Shown: in pieces, positions 22,101 to 29,783 of the stretch | Layout: the number at the start of each line of letters is the position of its first letter | How positions within the stretch are numbered: position 1 is the stretch's first letter | From: a virus | Strand: one strand, 5' to 3' | Virus record (IMG/VR): IMGVR_UViG_3300033143_002031 | Span: 64,001 to 128,000 of that record | DNA length: 64,000 nt | The notes under the pieces: model-generated | The model's input: the letters and a program-made list of their open reading frames with translations, nothing else | The model's database searches: none | Told to the model about the DNA's origin: nothing | Made by a program: the position numbers and the translations under genes

Positions 22101-24090
22101 AAGACGGAGCGCGCCGGCATGGAGGCCCTGAATCAGGGCAACGGTGGCCCCGGGTACGACGAAGAGGCGTTCTACGACGTCGCCAAGCGCATGAGTGATG
22201 TCGCGAGACGGCTCCGAGAGGTGTGAAATGTCGGACAGCGGTGGGAGCACAGGTGGGGTAGGACTGGCCACGGTTCTGACGATCGTTTTCGTGGTGCTCA
22301 AACTCACGGACGTGATCGACTGGTCGTGGTGGTGGGTGCTGTCCCCCACACTGATCGATGTTGGTCTCCTGGTCTTTCTGCTCCTCAGTGCCCTGCTCGC
22401 GAAGGCATCGGACAGGACGTGGACAGACGACCCAGACGCCGGGGAAGACCCCTGGACGTGGCCGGAGGGGGAGTGAGATGGACCCTGACGCGGCGATTCG
22501 AGAGCTACGCAAGCTCCACGCGAGCGGAGGACCGGGCGACTTCGAGCGCGTGATGGAACTGATCTGCGAACTGGACACCTGGCTACTGCGTGGTGGGTGT
22601 CCTCCCAAGGACTGGCAGGCTGCCTTCGGACCCTCCGAGGTGCGCGGCCGGCTGATAGACAGGAGGACGTGATGGGTGAACCGAGCCTGGTAGTTATCAC
22701 GGAGGGCTTCGGCCCTTACATGCTGCGACCGCAGCGACCGATCACTGTCATCGTTGAGCACTCTCCCTGCTTCGTCATGGGGAGACCAAACGATGACCTA
22801 CTCGATCGCATCTCCACCACGCCGACCATCAGCGATACCGTCGAGGAGGTGGTCAATCGGTTCACTATGCGCGGGGACACGGCACAGCCTGCCGGTGTCC
22901 CGATCCGACTTCACCTTATGGGGACGGTGGCCTGGGAGATTGCGAAGGCGCTTCTCGACGTGAACGACAAGAATATCATTCGGCCTGGGAGGGACCGGAT
23001 CTTCGAGGCGCTTCATGCAGTCAAGGTCGTGGATGTCAACGGCCTCACGATCGAGGTCCAGCCGTAACGACACTGCAAGAGGAGATACAGACGATGGGCG
23101 AGCGAGTGGAATGTGTGATCGAGCACGACGTACTGCTGGAGGCCGACGACGGGCGGCGCGTGGTCGGTGTGACGGCGACCTGCACGTGCTGTGACACCGT
23201 GACGCAGGCGTTCGGGACGTCCTCGGCGTCGGTCCGGAGGTGCCTGGCACAGATGCGAGAGGAGTGCCCCGGGGGCGAGAACAGCTTCTACTACGCCGAC
23301 GACGGGTCGGACGATGGGTGAGCGGCACCGCAGCGAGGACCCCTACAACTGGGGCATGACCAACGCCATGCAGGACGACTGCGAAAACTGCCACTTCGCC
23401 TCGGCAGGCGGTCCGGACAAGCGCACCGCCATGGAGGCCCCGAGCTACGTGCCCGAGGACCAGGCCGAAGAGTTCCTGCGAGGCTACCGGGCCTACTGCG
23501 ACGAGCACTACGGTGAGGGCTGGCAGACCATGAAGTGGGGCTGGCACCCTGCGCTCGTGATCGGCGGGGAGAAGGGGCCAACAGACGAGTCGAAGATCGT
23601 GAACACGCCCGAAGAGGCCGCCAAGGTGTTCGGAGGAGACGAGATGGTGGACAAGACGGATGAGGGAATAAGCCTGGACGAGGCGATCGACCATGCGATG
23701 GCGAAGGCGGATGAGTGCGAGAAGTCCGGCGAAGAGGAGTGCGAGTTCGAGCACAGGAAGCTGGTTCGGTGGCTTACCGAGCTAGATGCGCTCCGTTACC
23801 GGGTGAAGCAACAGGCCAAGGACTTGGACACCACGCACGAGAAGCTGCGCGAACTGCATCGGGACGTCAGCGTCTCTCTGGACGAAGAGGTGCATGTGCG
23901 AGTCGAAATCTCCCAGTTCGACAAGCGCTGGCGCCACGCGAACAGTATCTCTCGCGATGCGTTTGCGGCACCGTTGCGCGGAGGTCTTCAGGGGGGCGAG
24001 GGTGAGCACAAGGCCGAGGTGCTACGGGACGTGATCGAGAGGGTCGCCTACGAGGCCGCGATCGGCTTCTTCGGGGAGACGCGACGGTGA
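16199..24090 (+). other. long run of about 25 small coupled hypothetical ORFs, several with CxxC Zn-binding motifs
   Basis: contiguous + strand ORFs with ATGA/GTGA overlaps, e.g. 16375..16857, 16854..17126, 18398..18865, 19812..20126, 21694..22029, 23314..24090. Confidence 0.65.
22228..22476 (+). CDS. small phage membrane protein
   Basis: two hydrophobic segments joined by LKLTDVIDWSWWWVLSP, a motif common in small phage membrane proteins. Confidence 0.7.
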   Translation: MSDSGGSTGGVGLATVLTIVFVVLKLTDVIDWSWWWVLSPTLIDVGLLVFLLLSALLAKASDRTWTDDPDAGEDPWTWPEGE

Positions 24091-24983
24091 CACCAGATGT
24101 GACGATCATCCTGACCAGCTTCGAGCAGGAGCTACTTCTCGAACAGGCCGTTCGGATGCTGCTCACCTCGGAGTTTGTGCCCCATATGGAGCTACTCGTG
24201 GTGGACGATGCGTCGGGCAAGGGCCTCACGATGATCAAGGGGCTCTGCCATCGCGCTCGCGAGGGTGGCTTCGGTCAAGTGCGCCTGATCCGCATGGACA
24301 GTAACTATGGCCCCTCGATCGCTCGCAACGTCGGTATCGAGGAGGCGGCCGGGCGCTACCTGCACTTCCACGACGGTGACGACCTGTGGATGCCTGAAGG
24401 ATGGGCAGAAGGTGTCGAGCGCATGGACCGGGACAGACTCACGTTGTCTGTGACTGGGCTCCGAACAATTTCCGGAGTGATGTACCCCAAGAAGATCGGA
24501 CCTCCGGTACCCGAGCACGTCCACCCCATGTTCCACTTCCCTCTCGACAGCCTGCCCTACGCCACGACATTCCTCGTGCGCCGGGACGTGAAAACTCGCT
24601 ACCGCGCTGCCCTGACGTTTCCGACGAAGTTCTGGGCCGTGCCGACCTCCGGAGAGGACAATTTCTTCAAGGTGGAGGTCGCTGCCGAGGGTGACTACGC
24701 CCGCTTCGGGGAATACCGTGTCTTCCGGGGCAACCACTGGGGGACCAAGTACAACCCACCGCAGTGGCACATGCCCACCTACGCGGAGATTGCCGTGGCG
24801 GCCTTCTTCGTCCTCCGTGCTGACCTCGTAGATGCCGGTCTCGTCGTCAAGTCCTACAACTGGCTCGAAGACCAAGGTTTCGACCCTTCCGAGGTGGCTG
24901 CCGAACTGGACCGTCCGGCCGAGGACTTCCTTGAAGGGCCTCCGAGCTACCACGAGATGGACTTCGGTCCTGTTTGCTCTTGA
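24087..24983 (+). CDS. glycosyltransferase family 2 (GT-A)
   Basis: IILTSF, LLVVDDAS, GPSIARNVGI, YLHFHDGDD. Confidence 0.85.
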   Translation: MTPDVTIILTSFEQELLLEQAVRMLLTSEFVPHMELLVVDDASGKGLTMIKGLCHRAREGGFGQVRLIRMDSNYGPSIARNVGIEEAAGRYLHFHDGDDLWMPEGWAEGVERMDRDRLTLSVTGLRTISGVMYPKKIGPPVPEHVHPMFHFPLDSLPYATTFLVRRDVKTRYRAALTFPTKFWAVPTSGEDNFFKVEVAAEGDYARFGEYRVFRGNHWGTKYNPPQWHMPTYAEIAVAAFFVLRADLVDAGLVVKSYNWLEDQGFDPSEVAAELDRPAEDFLEGPPSYHEMDFGPVCS

Positions 24984-25050
24984 CATCCCCCTCTGGCTGT
25001 GCGATGCTGGGATTATCAAGTCGTGGATGGTTTCCGCGAAGGAGGACAGA

Positions 25051-25386
25051 ATGGCCCAGAAGAAGACCCCCGCAGACGCCCATGCCCAGCGTGTCCTGAA
25101 GACGATCGAAAAGAACGTCTTCGGCAAGAACCTCCGCCAGGTCGATCGGATCGAGGCCGAGTGGTACCTCATGTTCTTGTACCCCAAGGGTGCAGGGCCA
25201 AGAGACTGCGTGCAGATCGAGACGGGCGGTGCGGGCTCGACCACGATCTTCTGGAGTACCCAGGGCCACCTGCGCGAGAAGGGCGAGGTGCCGTTCTCCG
25301 AGGCCACCAAGAAAGCGTTCGCAGCGAAGCTGAAAGGCATCGCCGGCAAGATGGCCCGCTCGTGGGCCTCGAAGGCCGCCGCGTAG
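25051..25386 (+). CDS. hypothetical basic protein
   Basis: AAGGAGG RBS; TTGACA at 24980. Confidence 0.65.
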   Translation: MAQKKTPADAHAQRVLKTIEKNVFGKNLRQVDRIEAEWYLMFLYPKGAGPRDCVQIETGGAGSTTIFWSTQGHLREKGEVPFSEATKKAFAAKLKGIAGKMARSWASKAAA

Positions 25387-25441
25387 CACCCGCCTGAGCC
25401 CCCAGACGCCCTCAGACACCCCCTAAGCCCCCAGACATGAC

Positions 25442-25479
25442 AAGGCCCCCGCGTGCGCGCGAGCGCTCACAGGGGCCTT
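25442..25479. terminator. hairpin between convergent transcription units
   Basis: AAGGCCCC...GGGGCCTT inverted repeat just after the 3' end of the tRNA array. Confidence 0.45.
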
Positions 25480-25488
25480 CTGGGCTCA

Positions 25489-25563
25489 TGGTGACCTGGA
25501 CGGGACTCGAACCCGCGTTTCCCGGCTTGAAAGGCCGGAGTCCTTCCTGTAGACGACCAGGCC
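25489..25563 (-). tRNA. tRNA-Glu(TTC)
   Basis: anticodon arm CCGGC CTTTCAA GCCGG; TTCGA T-loop; CCA. Confidence 0.92.
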
Positions 25564-25565
25564 GA

Positions 25566-25640
25566 GGGAGCCCCCGGGCGGAATCGAACCGCCTCCTCCG
25601 GAGTACGAAACCGGCACGCCACCTTTTGCGCCTCGGGGGC
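25566..25640 (-). tRNA. tRNA-Thr(CGT)
   Basis: acceptor GCCCCCG/CGGGGGC, U73; loop TTCGTAC. Confidence 0.75.
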
Positions 25641-25641
25641 C

Positions 25642-25717
25642 TGGAGCCCACGTCGGGAGTCGAACCCAAAAACTCCTGCTTACAAGGCAGGCGCTCCGCC
25701 ACCGGAGCCACGCGGGC
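25642..25717 (-). tRNA. tRNA-Thr(TGT)
   Basis: CCTGC CTTGTAA GCAGG; CCA. Confidence 0.92.
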
Positions 25718-25742
25718 AGGCTGCGACGATCGAGCATCTTCG

Positions 25743-25816
25743 TAGTGACTCTGAGGGGAATCGAACCCCCATTGCCGGATTGAGAGTCCGGTCTCCTACC
25801 GTTAGAGGACAGAGCC
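25743..25816 (-). tRNA. tRNA-Glu(CTC)
   Basis: CCGGA CTCTCAA TCCGG. Confidence 0.9.
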
Positions 25817-25936
25817 GAGCGGCATCCCCCTTGTACCTAGCAAAGGGGGCGTGCCCACACCCCGAAAGGGGCTCGGTCCAACGACCGATGAGACGCAGCT
25901 AGGAGCGCCGTGCGCGCACGAGAGGCCGAAGCCCCA

Positions 25937-26011
25937 CGGTGCCGATCACGGGAGTCGAACCCGTCTCTCCAGGATGGCGACCTGGCGTCTTCCCACGTAG
26001 ACTTGATCGGC
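25937..26011 (-). tRNA. tRNA-Gly(GCC)
   Basis: CCAGG TCGCCAT CCTGG (C33). Confidence 0.8.
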
Positions 26012-26012
26012 A

Positions 26013-26100
26013 TGGCGGCGAGCGGAGGTCTTGATCCCCACGCCTTGTGAGCGCGCACCGATTAGCAGCCGGGCTCGGGCTCCTGCCCAATTCACTCGCC
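26013..26100 (-). tRNA. tRNA-Ser(GCT), atypical D and T arms
   Basis: loop CTGCTAA; long variable arm; G73; CCA. Confidence 0.85.
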
Positions 26101-26106
26101 AAACTC

Positions 26107-26193
26107 TGGCGGCAGACGGAGGTCTTGATCCCCACTCCTCTCAGAGCGCACCGCTTTCGAGGCGGGCTCGGGCTCCTGCCCAATTCATCTGCC
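26107..26193 (-). tRNA. tRNA-Ser(CGA), atypical D and T arms
   Basis: loop CTCGAAA; long variable arm; CCA. Confidence 0.85.
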
Positions 26194-26277
26194 AGGTGCC
26201 CGCATGGCTGCACGGGCGACACCGCACCCCCACACGGGCGCGCTCCGGCCCCTCATACGGGATAATAGGGAGCGCAA

Positions 26278-26363
26278 CAGCGGCAGACGGGTGACTCGAA
26301 CGCCACGCCTCTCAGCGCGCACCGCCTTCCAAGCGGGCCTGGTCCCTGACCAGTTCGTCTGCC
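26278..26363 (-). tRNA. tRNA-Ser(GGA)
   Basis: loop TTGGAAG; long variable arm. Confidence 0.8.
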
Positions 26364-26365
26364 AG

Positions 26366-26451
26366 TGGCGGAGGGCGGAGGTCACGATCCCCACACCTCT
26401 CGGTGCCTGTCGCTTTCAAGACGATGGCGAGCCCTGCTCGCTTCGCCCTCC
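26366..26451 (-). tRNA. tRNA-Ser(TGA), atypical D and T arms
   Basis: loop CTTGAAA; CCA. Confidence 0.82.
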
Positions 26452-26620
26452 TCGCTTCAAGCTCCTCGATCCATCTCGCGAGGACGTGAACCCCAGCCAA
26501 GGCATGGTCTGGAGGGATACGTGTGTCGCGATTCCAGTTACGGCAGATGGATTCGAGAGCGATCTTGGCTCGTCTGATGTCGTCTATCTCAGGAGGCATC
26601 CTGAGACCGGCAGTATATCA

Positions 26621-26694
26621 CGGTCGGGCACCGGGGAGTCGAACCCCGCGCCTCCGGTCCCCCAGACCGGCGTCTCACCCCGAGACTAGTGCCC
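26621..26694 (-). tRNA. tRNA-Pro(GGG)-like, 6-nt anticodon loop
   Basis: acceptor CGGGCAC/GTGCCCG, A73; CCGGT CTGGGG ACCGG. Confidence 0.7.
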
Positions 26695-26731
26695 GGTGTG
26701 CCCCCTCCGAAGAGGGGACGAGAAAACTCGA

Positions 26732-27295
26732 TCAGTCGGACTCCAGAGCCCCGTGCCAGTAGACCCACGAAGCCCACTGGTCTGGCAAGGAATCACTCGC
26801 GTCGATGTGGAGAGCGACGACCGGCAGCGAGCGCGGCTTCACGGGCGTCCTCTTCAGGCGCATCCCCGCTTGCTGCGGCGTCCGGTCCCGCTTCCGATCA
26901 TTGCATGGGTAGCAGGCGGTGACGATGTTCTCCCAGACCGTCTTGCCGCCCCTCGACCTCGGTGTTACATGGTCGTAGTTGAGCTTACGGGTGGACAGCC
27001 TCTTCCCGCAGTACTGGCAGGTCCAGTTGTCCCGCGTCAGCACGTTCATGCGCGAGAACCGAACCGCCTTCTTGCGCGCGACCGCCCGCAGGAGCCGGAT
27101 GACGGCCGGCATCTTCAGCACGAACGTCCAGCCGTACTCCTTCGCCCGATCTGCCTGATCGGGGGTCATGAGGGCCTCATCGTAGCTCTCTACGACTTCG
27201 GCCTTGTGTTGGAAGAGCAACGAGACGGCCCGTTGCCAGGACACGATGCGGTGGGGTTGGTACCCCAGGTCCAGGACCAAGCATTGGCTAGACAT
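26732..27295 (-). CDS. HNH endonuclease (McrA-like)
   Basis: RDNWTCQYCG, DHVTPRSRGG, NIVTACYPCNDRK; AAGGAGG RBS. Confidence 0.92.
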   Translation of the reverse strand: MSSQCLVLDLGYQPHRIVSWQRAVSLLFQHKAEVVESYDEALMTPDQADRAKEYGWTFVLKMPAVIRLLRAVARKKAVRFSRMNVLTRDNWTCQYCGKRLSTRKLNYDHVTPRSRGGKTVWENIVTACYPCNDRKRDRTPQQAGMRLKRTPVKPRSLPVVALHIDASDSLPDQWASWVYWHGALESD

Positions 27296-27330
27296 GACCG
27301 CCTCCTTTCTTGGTGCGAAAACTCTACCAG

Positions 27331-27413
27331 TGCGAGCGGGGGGAGTCGAACCCCCATGACCTCGCGGCCGGCGGGTTTTGAACCCGCTGCGTCTACCATT
27401 TCACCACGCTCGC
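27331..27413 (-). tRNA. tRNA-Leu(CAA)
   Basis: GCGGG TTCAAAA CCCGC; long variable arm. Confidence 0.92.
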
Positions 27414-27419
27414 GCGGAG

Positions 27420-27503
27420 TGCCCGCTGCGGGACTCGAACCCGCACGCCCGCACGGGGCGCCCGGGTTTAGGCCGGGTGCGTCTACCGTTTCACCAAGCG
27501 GGC
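27420..27503 (-). tRNA. tRNA-Leu(TAA)
   Basis: CCCGG CCTAAAC CCGGG (C33). Confidence 0.85.
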
Positions 27504-27505
27504 AA

Positions 27506-27592
27506 CGGTGCTGCGGACAGGAGTCGAACCTGCACGACCTCTCGGCCACTGGCCCCTCAAGCCAGCGCGTCTACCAATTTCACCACCGCAGC
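27506..27592 (-). tRNA. tRNA-Leu(GAG)
   Basis: CTGGC TTGAGGG GCCAG. Confidence 0.92.
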
Positions 27593-27630
27593 AGGCACAA
27601 AACACAACTTTCAAAGTTATGTTTTGACAT

Positions 27631-27716
27631 CGGTGCCAGGGAGAGGAGTCGAACCTCCACGACCTTTCGGCCACTCGGGTCTGAGCCGAGCGCGTCTACC
27701 ATTTCACCACCCTGGC
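27631..27716 (-). tRNA. tRNA-Leu(CAG)
   Basis: CTCGG CTCAGAC CCGAG. Confidence 0.92.
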
Positions 27717-27717
27717 A

Positions 27718-27791
27718 TGGTGGGCGATGAGGGAGTTGAACCCCCGACTCTGGTGTGTGGGACCAGCATCTTTCCGTTCGACCAATCGCCC
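27718..27791 (-). tRNA. tRNA-Val(CAC)
   Basis: CTGGT CCCACAC ACCAG (C33); A73; CCA. Confidence 0.8.
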
Positions 27792-27800
27792 AGAAATCTC

Positions 27801-27877
27801 TGGTCGGGCAGAAGGGATTTGAACCCCCGACCTCCGCGTCCCGAACGCGGCGCGCTACCAGGCTGCGCTACTGCCCG
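27801..27877 (-). tRNA. tRNA-Pro(CGG)
   Basis: CCGCG TTCGGGA CGCGG; CCA. Confidence 0.93.
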
Positions 27878-27960
27878 AATGAGGGGCCGACCGCACACTC
27901 GCTTTGCCCAGGCCGTGAAGCCTCCATCCTCCTACCGGGTCAGGCCAGCCCGACGCCCCT

Positions 27961-28032
27961 CGGTCGCACGGGAGAGACTTGAACTCTCGCGGTCACGGAT
28001 ATGAGCCGTGCCTCCCACCTTGGGACCGTGCG
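27961..28032 (-). tRNA. tRNA-Met(CAT), elongator-type (or Ile2)
   Basis: CACGG CTCATAT CCGTG; fully paired acceptor stem. Confidence 0.75.
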
Positions 28033-28109
28033 GAAGCGGGGGGAGGATTTGAACCTCCGATCTTTTGGTTATGAGCCAAATGGGGACGACCAGACTCCCC
28101 TACCCCGCA
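28033..28109 (-). tRNA. tRNA-Met(CAT), initiator-like
   Basis: 1:72 mismatch, GCGGGG/CCCCGC acceptor, TTCAAAT T-loop; only two G-C pairs next to the anticodon loop. Confidence 0.75.
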
Positions 28110-28185
28110 GGAGCCCTTGGCGAGACTCGAACTCGCAACTCCCACCTTCGGAGGGTGGTGCCCGTTCCAATCGGGCCGCAAGGGC
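28110..28185 (-). tRNA. tRNA-Arg(CCG)
   Basis: CCACC CTCCGAA GGTGG. Confidence 0.88.
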
Positions 28186-28201
28186 ATGGTAAACTCTGGG
28201 T

Positions 28202-28348
28202 ATGGCAAAACGTCAGTACGAGAAGCCGACCTTCAAGCACGTCAAGGGGTTCGCCTTCATCATGCGCTGCACCCCGTGCCCTGATTGCAGGAACGGTGTG
28301 ACCTGCCATCGCTGTAGTTGCTGCCACGGCTGCCACGGCTGCCACTAG
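28202..28348 (+). CDS. 48-aa Cys/His-rich peptide
   Basis: MAKRQYEKPTFKHVKGFAFIMRCTPCPDCRNGVTCHRCSCCHGCHGCH*; fills the spacer between two tRNA-Arg genes; below the ORF-track cutoff; no clear SD. Confidence 0.6.
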   Translation: MAKRQYEKPTFKHVKGFAFIMRCTPCPDCRNGVTCHRCSCCHGCHGCH

Positions 28349-28420
28349 CCTCCCCACGAGGACTCGAACCTCGATCTCAAGATCCGTAATCTTGCGTGAT
28401 GTCCATTTCACTATGGGGAG
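28349..28420 (-). tRNA. tRNA-Arg(ACG)
   Basis: CAAGA TTACGGA TCTTG. Confidence 0.88.
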
Positions 28421-28422
28421 AG

Positions 28423-28494
28423 ACCAGCCGGCGGGACTCGAACCCGCGATGCACGGGAGTAGAAGTCCCGCTCCCCTCCAGTGGGGTCGGCTGG
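28423..28494 (-). tRNA. tRNA-Arg(TCT)
   Basis: CGGGA CTTCTAC TCCCG. Confidence 0.82.
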
Positions 28495-28495
28495 A

Positions 28496-28570
28496 CGGAG
28501 GCCCCGGGGGGAGTCGGACCCACCGATTCCTGGTTTGCAGCCAGGCGTCTTTCCGTTTGACTACGGGGCC
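28496..28570 (-). tRNA. tRNA-Cys(GCA)
   Basis: CCTGG CTGCAAA CCAGG; U73. Confidence 0.88.
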
Positions 28571-28626
28571 AGTAGCTCGTCCGGCTTCACCGGCACAGAG
28601 CGGACGGCGGGACTCGAACCCGCCTC

Positions 28627-28700
28627 TGGTGCAGGTAGGGGGAGTCGAACCCCCGATTCGAGGGTGGAAACCTCGCGTCTTTCCGTTAGACCACACCTGC
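28627..28700 (-). tRNA. tRNA-Gly(TCC)
   Basis: CGAGG TTTCCAC CCTCG; CCA. Confidence 0.9.
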
Positions 28701-28706
28701 GAAACA

Positions 28707-28779
28707 GCGATCTGTGCGGGACTCGGACCCGCTTCTCCGGGCTCGGCCCGGTGTTCGTCCTATGAACTACATCGACCGC
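28707..28779 (-). ncRNA. tRNA-like RNA with a 5-nt anticodon loop
   Basis: T-arm GCGGG TCCGAGT CCCGC; stem CCGGG CCGAG CCCGG; GCGGTC/GATCGC closing stem. Confidence 0.5.
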
Positions 28780-28845
28780 TGCCTACTCGCGCCCGCTCTT
28801 CTCAGGGTACTGGTCGACGCTTCCCCTGAGCCTCCTGGGAGCTTT

Positions 28846-28921
28846 CGGAGCCCCGAGCGGGGATCGAACCCGCCATCTCCGCCATACCAAGGCGGCGAAT
28901 CACCACTGATTCTTTCGGGGC
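28846..28921 (-). tRNA. tRNA-Thr(GGT)
   Basis: CCGCC TTGGTAT GGCGG; U73. Confidence 0.88.
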
Positions 28922-28975
28922 AAGCGCCCCCTACCCGCTGCAAGGCTAGGAGGGAATCGAACCCTCGTAGGGGAC

Positions 28976-29049
28976 TGTTGGACACGGAGGGAATCGAACC
29001 CTCATCTCCGGCTTGCAAGGCCGGCGTCTTCCCGTTTGACGACGCGCCC
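28976..29049 (-). tRNA. tRNA-Ala(TGC)
   Basis: CCGGC CTTGCAA GCCGG; G3:U70. Confidence 0.9.
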
Positions 29050-29124
29050 GTGTCCAGGTGAGGCAAGCTCGGGAATCAGGTTGCGCTACCCTCGTCCCAA
29101 CGCAAGGCGCGTCCTCACCCAGAG

Positions 29125-29197
29125 TGGATCGTGCGAGAGTTGAACTCGCGACCTCCTGCATGCGAAGCAGGTGCTCTCCCAACTGAGCTAACGACCC
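29125..29197 (-). tRNA. tRNA-Ala(CGC)
   Basis: CCTGC TTCGCAT GCAGG; G3:U70. Confidence 0.92.
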
Positions 29198-29200
29198 AAA

Positions 29201-29310
29201 CTGCCGGCGCTCTTACCACTTGAGCTACGAAGGCCGTTTTAGGGCCTCCGACAGGACTCGAACCTGCATCTCCGGACTCGCCGACGCTCTACCACTTGAG
29301 CTACGGACAC
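29201..29310 (-). ncRNA. tRNA-and-a-half (pseudo-tRNA plus a duplicated 5' half)
   Basis: two near-identical D-arms, one T-arm, no intact anticodon loop. Confidence 0.55.
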
Positions 29311-29352
29311 CAATTGGCGACCGACGGGACTCGAACCCGCACCTTCGGCTAG

Positions 29353-29425
29353 TGGAACACCGGGGAATCGAACCCCGAACCTCCTGGCTGCCAGCCAGAC
29401 GCTCTCCCAGTTGAGCTAGTGCCCC
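29353..29425 (-). tRNA. tRNA-Ala(GGC)
   Basis: TCTGG CTGGCAG CCAGG; G3:U70. Confidence 0.92.
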
Positions 29426-29426
29426 A

Positions 29427-29501
29427 TGGTGGGCGTGGAGGGATTTGAACCCCCGATCTTCTGCGCGTCGAGCAGACGTCTTGCCACTTGACCACACGCC
29501 C
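29427..29501 (-). tRNA. tRNA-Val(GAC)
   Basis: TCTGC TCGACGC GCAGA (C33, G37); CCA. Confidence 0.85.
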
Positions 29502-29510
29502 GAAAACTTC

Positions 29511-29585
29511 TGGTACCCCGAGTGGGAATCGAACCCACGACCTGAGCCTTATAAGGACCCGTCTCTGCCACTGAGTTACCGGGGC
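29511..29585 (-). tRNA. tRNA-Ile(TAT)
   Basis: GGGTC CTTATAA GGCTC; A73; CCA. Confidence 0.85.
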
Positions 29586-29630
29586 TCCGACTGCTCGGAG
29601 CCATGTATTCGTTCCATCGGAACCTCCTTC

Positions 29631-29705
29631 TGGTGGGGCGAGAGGGACTCGAACCCCCGTCAACCGATTCATCAGACCGGCGCTCTGCCACTGAACTACC
29701 GCCCC
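29631..29705 (-). tRNA. tRNA-Ile(GAT)
   Basis: CCGGT CTGATGA ATCGG; CCA. Confidence 0.88.
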
Positions 29706-29706
29706 A

Positions 29707-29782
29707 TGGAGCCCTCGGCGGGAGTCGAACCCGCAACCTCCGGAGTAGGAATCCGACGCACGTCCAGCCGTGCTACGAGGGC
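29707..29782 (-). tRNA. tRNA-Arg(CCT)
   Basis: TCGGA TTCCTAC TCCGG; CCA. Confidence 0.9.
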
Positions 29783-29783
29783 A

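Noticed and set aside
25846-25935. Hammerhead-like spacer (CCGATGAG...CGAA)
   Set aside because: The core CUGANGA/GAAA and three-stem geometry are not met
27420-27503. Possible amber (CTA) suppressor tRNA
   Set aside because: The 5-bp stem places TAA at positions 34-36, and genes in the window end normally at TAG
27884-27960. SRP-RNA-like hairpin in a tRNA spacer
   Set aside because: Only partial resemblance to the helix-8 motif; the GNRA loop and AGCAG consensus are missing
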